A stretch of DNA of 64,000 bases from Antedon mediterranea. Taxonomy: Eukaryota > Animalia > Echinodermata. The notes beneath the pieces were generated by a model. That model was not told the origin of the DNA. It searched no databases and saw only the letters and a list, made by a program, of their open reading frames with translations. The position numbers and the translations under genes are program-made. The stretch is taken from contig NC_092671.1 in assembly GCF_964355755.1 (NCBI RefSeq), positions 21,204,001 through 21,268,000 on the forward strand, read 5' to 3'. Positions 1-9,828 of this stretch are shown piece after piece; positions within the stretch are counted from its first letter, which is position 1, and every line of letters begins with the position of its first letter.

Positions 1-1042
1 ATTTCTATGGAACTTGGTTACACAAAACAAAAACATCAAAGTGCTTAAAATCACATTAGAAACCGTTTTAGACCATTTTGAGCATTTCGATAAAACTTTT
101 AACACAAAAACATCAAAGAGCACAAAATAGCTTAATATCGTATTTAAAAACGTTTCAGACCATTTTGAGCATTTCAACAAAACTTTTTCACAAAAAACAT
201 CGAAGTGTACAGAATAGCTTCAAATCGCATTTGGAGACGTTTCAGACCATTTTGTGATTTTCGAAAAAAAATTGTTAACATAAAAACACCGAAGTGCTTA
301 GAATAGCTTCAAATCGCATTTGGAGACGTTTTAGAGCATTTTGTGCATTTCGATGAAACTTTGGTACACAAAAACATCAAAGTGCTTAAAAGATCATATT
401 TGAAACCATTTTAGACCATTTTGAGAATTTCGATAAAACTTTTCACATAAAAACATCAAAGTGCACAAAATAGCTTAAAATGGTATTTGAAAACGTTTTA
501 GACCATTTTGAGCATTTCGACAAAACTTTTTCACACAAAACATCAAAGTGTACAGAATAGCTTCAAATCGCATTTGGAGACGTTTTAGACCATTTTGTGA
601 TTTTCGAATAAACTTGTTAACATAAAAACACAAAAGTGCTTAGAATAGCTTCAAATCGCATTTGGAAACGTTTTAGACCAATTTGTGCATTTCGATGAAA
701 CTTTTTCACACAAAACATCAAAGTGCTTAAAATCACACTAGAAACCGATTTAGACCATTTTGAGCATTTCGATAAAACTTTTAACACAAAAACATCAAAG
801 TGCACAAAATAGCTTAATATCGTATTTGAAAACGTTTTAGACATTTTGAGAATTTCGACAAATTTTTTTCACACAAACCATCAAAGTGTACAGAATAGCT
901 TCAAATCGCATTTGGAGACGTTTTAGACCATTTTGTGATTTTCGAAAAAACTTGTTAACATAAAAACACCAAAGTGCTTAGAATAGCTTCAAATCGCATT
1001 TGGAGACGTTTTAGACCATTTTGTGATTTTCGAAAAAATTTC
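1..1042 (+). repeat. Satellite A: ~87-bp monomers in a ~340-bp four-monomer higher-order unit
   Basis: A GACCATTTTG-type anchor recurs at 71,158,245,334,414,501,588,676,753,840,926,1015 (steps of 77-89 bp). The short monomer recurs every fourth step (71>414>753). The array resumes at 8771-8800 after the transposon. Confidence 0.93.
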
Positions 1043-1046
1043 TTAA

Positions 1047-1065
1047 AGATGTATTGTCCCTTTGA
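1047..1065 (+). repeat. Left terminal inverted repeat of the Kolobok element
   Basis: AGATGTATTGTCCCTTTGA immediately after TTAA. Confidence 0.93.
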
Positions 1066-1247
1066 CTAATTCCAAAAAAAATAAAAAATAACAGATTTCG
1101 AAAAAAAATGGGTCAATTTGAAGTATCATAATAGTAATTTAACTTTCAATAAAAATTAGTCGAAAAAAAAATCATTCAACTGAATTACAAACGGTTTTTT
1201 GTTAAAAAAATAACTGTGACTTCCAGTCAAAGTTTTCGATCAAAACA

Positions 1248-1378
1248 TATCCCATAATGCAACGCGCTTGCTAATGAATTATACATACGACTCCTTTTTT
1301 TGGCTTGTTTATTTCTGTACGTACCGCAAGAGAACACACGTGTGAGTTGATTATCATCGTTCATCGCGAGAGAGACGA
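1248..1378 (+). promoter_or_regulatory. Putative transposase promoter
   Basis: CpG-containing stretch upstream of ATG 1393. It has a Staf/ZNF143-like TATCCCATAATGCAACGCG (1248-1266), an octamer/POU-like TTGCTAATGAATTATACAT and a TCGCGAGAGAG motif (~1365). Motif resemblance only. Confidence 0.4.
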
Positions 1379-1392
1379 ACCCGTGGTAAAGG

Positions 1393-1817
1393 ATGGGTAA
1401 ACGAGGCCCTTATTCTGGATTGAGATCATCGGAAAAGAAAAGGCGCAAACTTACACGTAATGTAGCGTCAAATGCTCGCAGAATTTTGCTAAACTTCGAT
1501 ACATTTCAGAGATGGTCCGTAGTAAAAGAAGCAAATAATTTAGCAAGTAATTCTGATGTTGCAAATTTTTTGCTTGACAGGTAACTTCTCTCTTTAGTAC
1601 AGTGTCCATCGGCTCTAGGGATTAGTTAGGGCCTTTTATTTAGTAAAATAGGCAATACTAGTAAGTAATGATAATTATTATTATTGGTACTATAGTTCCA
1701 CAGAGTTATAGATAGCCTAATTATTTTGAATTTAGTATAATACTAATAATAATAAATAGGTTAGGTTAGACCTCCAGGCTAGGCCTAGCCTATCTATACT
1801 AACTACTATATAGCCTA

Positions 1818-1855
<38 letters not shown>

Positions 1856-4800
1856 GGCCTGCCTACCTTTGCAATTAGATGAATCGTTCGAAAACAGGCG
1901 GATTGATAGGCCTAGCTAGATAGAGTAATACAACACACCTTTCGTAGTACAGCAGGTATTTTGAGACAGAAAGTATACTTTTATTTAGTGTTAGTGTTAT
2001 ATATAATCTAGCATAGAATAGCTAGCCGCTAGGCCTATGCCTAATTAAAATCATAGATCCGGTTACCTAGCTGAACATACACACAGCACAGGTCCTACCA
2101 TTTTTTTTAATAAAAAAATTGGCCACCCATGACGAAAAGGTTTACCTCCTAACCATTTGACTTGGAATTTTAAGTAGATAATTGATTACAATACCATCTG
2201 TTTGGTAGTGAGGGCCTTCACAAACAGGGCTGGTAAAATAATTATTTTCCTAGCTAGAGTGGGAATTAACTTTGGTACCTCCTCTGTTGTTACATTACTA
2301 GGGCTAGCCAGTGTCAATTTTAGTACAGTATTAATTTGATGATTTGGTATATTAATTTTTTTTTAAATTTAAATTGTAAAATTGTTTTCCCTTATTCTAT
2401 ACCTCTTCACACTGTGCTTTATTGTTTTACGTTTAGTCATGCAGAAAGACATAGCACAGCTTCTGGGCCGACCAGGACAACAGTTTCTACTCACCTTTCT
2501 ACAACATCGACGCCTATAGAAGGTGCTTATTTAAGAACTACACTATCTGGTGGTTCAGATACAAGGTATGAAAATTTAGATATAATACAAATTTTGTTAT
2601 GAAATATATTACTAATAATATTAATACCGTACTTAAATTAGATCACATGGGATTCACATAGTGAACGGTTGCTTTCTACACTCACGATTACATGGCTTCA
2701 ACACTCACTACTAACTGACTTCTCAATAGGAACTCTACAAATATAACTATAAAATATAGAAATTGTCATTGATCATAAATTGTTCTTTAGAATTTCTTCA
2801 ATATCTGGAATTGATAGATTTAGCAGTAACTCAAGTACTGTAACCGCTTTTCCAAGTGCTTCTGAAGATGGAAGGTAAGTTTAAACTAAAATTGCAGCGC
2901 TTTAACTTTTCTGTTTCACTTAATTCCAATGGAATGAACACAGCAAAATCCTTGTCTGTGGCTTGATAATACCCTGCACTCTTTATACACTATGCCAATC
3001 TGATTACTGTTATTGAGAAATAAAATGGCATTAAAACTGTTATTTTTTTAGTATAAGCAACATTAAAGAAGAGGACAGACCCAGATGCTCTGCTGAAATA
3101 TTAAAGTAAATGAATTCTGTATACTTTTCATTTTATATGTTACAATGTATTAATTTTAATTACATAGTTTAAAATCCTTTCCCCCTCGATTGCTAGTGTT
3201 TCTAATCACACAATTAAGAGGTTGACATCATTGCACAAGTATTACTATTATTCTTTCAGTATGACCATTGACATTAACTTGTCAAGTGAATCTGAGTCAG
3301 AGAGCACTTGTGATGAAGATGAAGATTATGATTTATATGAACCATCATTTGACATAAGCCTTTGGTAAGTCATCATCTATTCCTTTAACCTAAACTTCAT
3401 TGTGATGCAGTAAAGCATCATTTAAAAAAAAAATTAATGTTTGAAATTAAGTCATACATACATTTTTCAGTCCCAACAATGCACTTAACCTCAGAGAAAC
3501 CTCATTCGTTGAAGAGGAATTTGAAATTGAGGCAGAAAATGATGATCCATCCAGTCAGATTGAGGAGGACATTGAAGGGGTGGAAGTTGAAAGCCCTTAT
3601 GTTAAACACATTGATATTATGGAAGAGTCTGACTTTCTTATAAAAGATGAAACCTGCATAGTGTACTTAAACTGTTTGAAAACCTTGGCAGAAATCAAAA
3701 TCAACAAATCTTGTACTAGAAAATCCTGTAGTAGTCCTGTTGATCTGCATTCAAAGTTTGTTGGTTCTGCTGTGTATTTCAAATGGGTAAAAAGTCTTAC
3801 TTTCAATTTTTGTAAACATTTTATCTTAATTTAATAATTCATAATTCTAATTAATTCCTGAAACCAATTTATGAACAAGTCTATGGTACCATCAAACAAT
3901 GATGGTTGCTATGTAATGTGTTTCAGCTTGTCAAATGACTTATTTTATGAAATTGGTTTAATGGTTTATTTAATAAATATATTATTGTGATCTACTTAGA
4001 TTTGTACAAATGGCCACCTGAACAACAAATGGTGTTCTCAACCAATTCTAAAGAACAAATTGCATGGAGGGGATTTGTTAATGTCTACGGCACTTTTAGC
4101 TTCTGGAAACAACTATGCAAAGATTGCTCTTCTGGCCAAGTTTTTAAAACTTCATATTCTGAATGTCAACACCTACTATAGAATTCAGAGAAAATATCTT
4201 GTGCCTGCAGTTACTGAATTATGGGAAGATACCCAGAAAGAAATCTTGACAGCACATGAAGGAAAAGATGTTGTACTGCTTGGTAGGTATTATAATATAA
4301 AATGGAGGTGTATGGAAAAAAAATAAATGTGACTAAACTAAAGTTCATAGGTCAAGGCTTCATTGTGCAAATGAAAATGCAGGATGGAACTAAATTACTG
4401 AAAAACGCTAATATTGTTTTTGACGAGTTATAGTGAAGAGAAATTCTATTAAAAACTGTTGTTAGTGGTGGTCAGGTACAAATCTACTTATATACAATAC
4501 AAGAACGTTATTACTGTAAATATTTTTTTTTCATAGGAGATGGAAGGATGGACAGTCCAGGACACTCTGCACAATTTTGCACATATACTATGATGGACAA
4601 TGCTGACAAAAGTATTTTGTCAATTATGACAATTGATAAGCGGGAGACAGAGGGCAAAAGTAGGATTTCAGAAGAGTGTTTCATTTCTCAAACAACAAAA
4701 TGTGAATGTCGTTGAATGTGTAACCGATGCACACTTACAGATTGGCGCATTGATGAGTATGTTTTATTTTTACATCGTAATTCTAGATGATCACCAAAAT

Positions 4801-6628
4801 CTAAAATAAATTTTTGATTAACATGTTTTTATTCTGTAAAATATGGTTTATTTTTATATTTGTTTTTCTTCATCACTCTAGAAAACGAATATCCAGACAT
4901 CAAACACTCACACGATATTTGGCATGCTGCCAAGAATCTAGCAAAAGCATTGGTTGCAGTAAGTTTTTTGGTAATTTGCAGACAATGTAAATTATTTTAT
5001 TATAGTTATACCCTAATTTCATAATATGTAAAATAGGATATTTATTATACAAATTAATACTAATCTTTTGTTTCATTGGTATTTTTTATACAATTTAACA
5101 GGCTGGTCAGAAGAAAGACTGCAAAGTCTTATTAAGTTGGAGCAAAGATATTGTAAACCATTTCTGGCATACCTGCGAGACTTCAAAGACATATGATGAA
5201 TTTCTTGTATGTACATGTTTTAATTTAATGGTGCACATACTGTATATACACTCTCAAAGACAAGTTATATTGTTCTTGAACATAAACTTTAGCACAAGAT
5301 CTTCTTTATTGTGGAATTAATTTCTTTATTCTGGTTCTACTATGTTCATCAATTTTAAAGACTCACAGCTATCTTCAGATACTGACATTGTCATATTATC
5401 TCTGTGTGTATCTGATATTGTATCCATTTTTTCCATATTTAAAAAAAGAAATCTGTATTTGAGATATGTATTTTACTGATTTTCTTGTTCAATGATAGGG
5501 AATATGGTGTGGAATTCTTCACCATGTGGTGGATGAACACCAGTGGGCTTTATCATATAGTGATGTTGGTACAGCCTCCTGTAGTCATGGACCTCTTGAG
5601 AGCGAGAGACAAAAGGGATGGATGACAAAGGGTCATCCAGCGCACGATGCACTACGAAAGATCGTCCTAAACAACAGATTCCTAAAGAAAATCCCATATT
5701 GGCTTAATTTTCGGTAAGCAAATTGATTAAAAATAGAGGAATGGTTTAGACTGTACAAGCATTTCTGTGCATATTCTGTAGTATTGATTAAAGCTAAAAA
5801 AAAAAAAAACAGGTGCTCTAAACAATAAATATACATTTCAACAGAACAATATACACATAATAAACACATTTATTAGTATTACTTTAAAACTTGCATATTT
5901 TATTGCATTTGACAACAGTATTGACTTAGCTATTTATATATACATATTGTGTATTTTTAGTGGAACTGCTGAACTGGAAAATTTCCACCAATGTATTTTG
6001 ATGTATGCGGCCAAAAGATTCCATTACAGTCCACCAATGTACAAAGTAAGGAATCTTCTGGCAGCATTGGATTACACAGCAAACCATCAACGAGAGATCA
6101 AGAAAAATAAAGATGGGACCACAAGGTACATTCCATAGTTTTTTACAGTTGAATATTAATTGGCTATATTAATTACTAAATACCGTACTACATATGAAAC
6201 CGACAAGTCTATTCTTAAATCAATTGTATCTTTATGCCATGTACAACGGAACTAGCTACAGGTATATGGGCAAAAGAAATTTGACAATTAATTTTAAAAT
6301 CGGTTTTCCCGAATTGCAATCTAAGCAAAATATTCCAAATTGCTGTCAAAAATTATAAACAATTATTTTCTGTTGTGTAGATATCAACGCTTATTTAACA
6401 AAAAAAGTAAGAGGTGGACAGTGGTGCCTGTTAAAAGAAGAAAAGGATTACAGCTACATCCAGAAATTGGTGGAAATGGTTGTATACAGAAGACTACTTG
6501 ATGAAACTAGCATGTAAACAGTAACAGGCTTAGGAGAAGATGACCCAAGAAGGCTCAGCAGAAACATTGCTTCAGTACCAGCACCACCAACTCATCAACT
6601 AGTTGAAGAGAAATTGTCAAGATTTTAA
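1393..6628 (+). pseudogene. Kolobok DDE transposase, 13 exons, ~730 codons, inactivated
   Basis: Phase-consistent GT-AG exons: 1393-1580, 2437-2565, 2791-2874, 3052-3105, 3260-3364, 3471-3786, 4000-4282, 4537-4756, 4882-4958, 5102-5206, 5499-5713, 5961-6125, 6381-6628. Motifs: FQRW..VK...SDVANFLLD; CTRKSC...WICTNGH..KWCSQP (zinc finger); GDGRMDSPGHSAQFCTY (D1); VTDAH (D2); HDIWHAAK; NHFW; TAELENFH..LMYAAKR (E); LAALDY; C-terminal IASVPAPPT..LV...SRF. Lesions: frameshifting deletion ~4661, extra A at 6433-6436, TAA at 6515-6517. Confidence 0.9.
1818..1855 (+). repeat. (TAC)n microsatellite in transposase intron 1
   Basis: About 12 tandem TAC units. Confidence 0.9.
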
Positions 6629-6786
6629 ACAAAACTATGATGTATCAGTTACCTTTCTATTCGTGCAAACAGTACTGGGCAATTCCTGTTAAGTTTTTAA
6701 TGTATTCAGTTAAAAATGATTTATTTTTTTCTGTTATGGTACTAAAATGAGCAATTAAATTTGGAAATCTATTTGTGGGAATTGTA

Positions 6787-6808
6787 CAAAGGGACAATAC
6801 ATCTTTAA
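6787..6808 (-). repeat. Internal right-type TIR plus TTAA inside the Kolobok element
   Basis: CAAAGGGACAATACATCT (6787-6804) is the exact reverse complement of 1047-1064 (18/18) and is followed by TTAA (6805-6808). Weaker similarity to the left end extends inward to ~6700. Confidence 0.92.
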
Positions 6809-7536
6809 ATTCGTCCTGGTTGAAAACCAACATACTGGCCAAATGCATCGGGGTATTTGTCCCGTACTGCCCATACACAACTGGGTATTATATTCTGATG
6901 CCAATACCGAGACGACCATGTGGTCACAAAACATACTGCCGGTAGGCTGTATGTTTATGACCCCTATTCCATTTGTTGTCCATAGGCGCTGCTAATATAT
7001 CTTGATGATAGGCTCGTGCCAATTGCAACATTGCTTCATTTAGAATGAGCAACTAAAAGTCCTAAAATGAAAAAAAAAATGTTTATTTAGTATTTTTTGT
7101 TTAGTTTATGTTATGCACTATTTTTCAAAATAATATAAGCTGGTAACAGGTCTGTATTTTAACAACAGTACTTATTAAAAATAAAGCAGAACTTTTAAAA
7201 TTAGTTTGACAAAAAGACAATTCTTTTTGTGTTTTTTTAGATACACTATATCGACACTTTATCATTGTAATGCATTTTATCAATAAGTATGTTAAATTAA
7301 TATACTGTAATGTTTCACACGTGCAATTACCTGAAATTTGTTGTGTTTTCGTGTGTATAGCCACAGCCCACTCTTTCATTTTCAGTTTGAATTTGCCAGC
7401 AGTTGTTGCAAACACACCAACTTGGTGTAGTTGCTGGTGGTACAGGATGATGACCTCCCTCTGGTACTTTTTCTCTGCTGCTTCCTTTAGTTAGTAGGTC
7501 TTTAGCCTCTACCTCTGTCAATGCATTAATTTTAAC
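6805..7536 (-). pseudogene. KolX-like protein (Cys-rich, P2X7 cytoplasmic-ballast-like), inactivated
   Basis: Exon 7536-7331 reads ...PSWCVCNNCWQIQTENERVGCG.... Exon 7061-6805 reads DF*LLILNEAMLQLARAYHQDILAAPMDNKWNRGHKHTAYRQYVL*PHGRLGIGIR/IIPSCVWAVRDKYPDAFGQYVGFQPGRI*. This fits the WCxCxxC..ExxCC / AYR.Y..W / PSC..W..R..P..GQY.GF pattern. Lesions: stops at 7053-7055 and 6924-6926, frameshifts at ~6892 and near the exon junction. A possible small first exon at 7689-7669 is speculative. Confidence 0.85.
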
Positions 7537-8398
7537 CTAAAGTAAAATAAAATTGTTATAAATTGTTTACTGCTAAATATGGAAATATGAAATATTTATC
7601 GTGAGGAATCTTTGCCATTTGCCACCAGAATTTCAAATGTTGAACCAGGTTTCACAATATCTTTTTACCTTTATGTATTACTGGTCCATTGACAAGTAAC
7701 ATTAACAGTGAAGCTAATTAGTTGCGAATATTTCTAAAAGTATTGTCACAAAAATAGTAAATAACCACAGATCCTATAGATTTTTATATATATTGTATAT
7801 GGAAATTATAGTATTAATTATTAGTAACATATTTCTAATTAAAAAATCCCAAGGATATGATTAGTGTATTTCTTTTTATATACAGTACAATTCAATAGTT
7901 AGGCTACTACTACTAGTAATACGCTAGTCTTTAAAAATAGAACTGGCATCTCTCGTCAAAATCACGAATCAGTTGCCAGTACAGTGGGCTAACTTGGGCA
8001 CATTTTACTAGCCTATACTCGATAATTAGTAATGATGAACCGATCGGACCTGGCAAAAATTAATACGGGTAGCCAACGAATACTTAAAAATGAGTTTAAA
8101 GCATAGGCCTAATATTAATAAAAAGACAACGTGAACCTGAAAGGTAGACCTACCTACCTAGAGTAGCCTAGGCTAGAGTAGAAGGCTAGGCCTACTATCC
8201 TAGGTAGGTACTGTGCAAGTTACAGCTTAGAGCTAGGCTTAGTAGTAGTAGTAGCCTAGAGAATCTGAACTAGGCCACAAGTATACATTTTATTTGAGAG
8301 AAACTAAGTAAAAAATAGTAATATATTTACCGACAAATCTATGGGTTTCTTGAATACATTAAAACAAAATTCGTTCCGCAACTAGGCCTAGGCATACA

Positions 8399-8555
8399 CT
8401 GCCGGCCGCGCCGGCGGCGCGCGTTACGTACAGTTTGGCTATATTATATGCATAATCATAAAACTTCCTCTCTCGCGCGATATGTGTAAAAACATCTCCT
8501 CAACCGTGACAAGTTGTAAACAATCTTAATTAGCATATCATGCATAATTCATACC
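8399..8555 (-). promoter_or_regulatory. Putative KolX promoter (CpG-rich patch)
   Basis: GCCGGCCGCGCCGGCGGCGCGCG at 8401-8423 in very AT-rich DNA. On the minus strand, TCGCGCGAGAGAG (~8468-8480) and ATGAATTATGCATGATATGCTAAT (~8529-8552) mirror motifs at the left end. Confidence 0.4.
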
Positions 8556-8747
8556 CGTGGTTTGAAATCTTTGTTTACTTTCGCTCGGAATGATTTTCCA
8601 GACGAAATTTAATCAAACTAATTTACCTGTTAATTACGTAAACTTGTTGTTTTTGGCTCGAATTTTTAACTTAAAGTGAATAACTTTAATATTACTTTGA
8701 TATGGCCAATTTAAATTTAGAATATTTTGACCTTCATTTTTTTGTGT

Positions 8748-8766
8748 TCAAAGGGACAATACAACT
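8748..8766 (-). repeat. Outer right terminal inverted repeat of the Kolobok element
   Basis: TCAAAGGGACAATACAACT followed by TTAA, after which satellite A continues in register. Confidence 0.93.
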
Positions 8767-9455
8767 TTAACATAAAAACACAAAAGTGCTTAGAATAGCT
8801 AAATGATGCTATAATATTGCCATTTATGCAAATATATTGTGCTAACATCATCTTATAGAGCCATAGTAACGAATTATATCAAAATTTCCACTTTTCAAAA
8901 TTCAAAAATTATGCTATAATGCCATTTATGCACATAATATTGTGCTAACGTCATCTTATAGAGCCATAGCAACTACTTATGTCAAAAAATAAAGTGTCGA
9001 AAAATGACAAAAATGTTCCACTTTTTTTAAAATTCTATAATTATGCTATAATATTGCCATTTATGCAAATATATTGTGTTAACATCATCTTATAGAGCCA
9101 TAGTAACGAGTTATGTCAACAAATAAAAGGGTTGAAATTTTGCCATTTTTCGAAAATTTTCCTGCGGGGGACCATAGGATTTTTTTTCGAAAAATGGACA
9201 AAATTTCCAATTTCTAAAATTCGAAAATTATGATATAATATTGCCATATATGCAAATAGTTATGTCAAAAAAATAAAAGGGTCGAAAAATGGCAACATTT
9301 TCCTCTTTTTAAAATTAAATAAATATGCTATAATATTGCCATTTATACAGATATATTTTGCTAACATCATCTTATAGAGCCATAGTAACGAATTATATCA
9401 ACATTTAAAAGGGTTGAAATTTGACAATTTTTCGAAAATTTTCCTGCGGCGGACC

Positions 9456-9828
9456 GCGTGTTTTTTTTTCCAGGACGAACGTGGGCAGAAGTCATGAATA
9501 ATTCATTACCTTAATTATTTTCTATTATAAAGAATTGAAAGATAGCTGATCTACTTCCTAAATATACTAAACCTAACCCTCTAAATAATCTCTCTCAACT
9601 ATTAAAAAAAACATGTTCATGAAAGACCTCGAACCGAGGGCTTCAGCGTAATAGGTTAAAGCCTTTACCACTAGACCAAACATTTCTTGGCAAACGTTGT
9701 TTACACTAATTATATAATCTCTCTGCATTCTAATACAGCGCCCTCTATAATGTTCCCTATTATGTCATAATTAATCATGAATTATTCATGATTTCTGCCC
9801 ACGTTCGTCCTGGAAAAAAAAATTACGC
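9456..9828. mobile_element. MITE (373 bp) with ~50-bp TIRs and a 9-bp TSD, Mutator- or Merlin-like
   Basis: TSD CGGCGGACC at 9447-9455 and 9829-9837 duplicates satellite B sequence. TIR GCGT..T9CCAGGACGAACGTGGGCAGAA.TCATGAATAATTCAT at both ends. Superfamily is inferred only from TSD length and the G terminus. Confidence 0.88.
9621..9686 (-). other. Degenerate tRNA-derived segment (Pol III A and B boxes) inside the MITE
   Basis: Minus strand TGGTCTAGTGG (9678-9668, A box) and GGTTCGAGGTC (9635-9625, B-box-like), 32 nt apart. No intact cloverleaf. Confidence 0.55.

Larger units (their letters stand above)
1047..8766 (+). mobile_element. Kolobok-superfamily DNA transposon, full-length but decayed
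   Basis: TTAA at 1043-1046 and 8767-8770. Left TIR AGATGTATTGTCCCTTTGA (1047-1065) matches the right TIR 8748-8766 (revcomp AGTTGTATTGTCCCTTTGA) at 18/19. Removing the element restores the satellite A monomer (...cgaaaaaatttc TTAA cataaaaacac...). It encodes a DDE transposase and a convergent KolX-like gene, the established Kolobok layout. Confidence 0.93.

Noticed and set aside
617-844. ORF 617-844 and the similar ORFs 12262-12450 and 12684-12875
   Set aside because: They are chance open frames in satellite A; their mutual similarity reflects the repeat.
3437-7494. Alternative-frame or antisense ORFs (3437+, 3597-, 3987+, 5473-, 5633-, 6657-, 7125-, 7270+)
   Set aside because: They are shadows of real exons or run through introns; the spliced models explain the conserved motifs.
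6805-7536. Host P2X7 receptor gene
   Set aside because: No transmembrane or ectodomain exons; only the ballast-like domain is present, inside transposon ends.
1047-8766. KolobokP-type long terminal direct repeats
   Set aside because: No several-hundred-bp direct repeat is present at the two ends and no His-Me finger ORF was seen; the second gene is KolX-like.
1043-8770. piggyBac assignment based on the TTAA TSD
   Set aside because: The termini are AG...CT rather than CC...GG, and the transposase motifs (GDGRxDSPGH, DxWH, LExFH) plus KolX fit Kolobok.
9621-9686. Functional tRNA gene
   Set aside because: Only the A/B boxes are recognisable; acceptor, anticodon and T stems do not pair properly.
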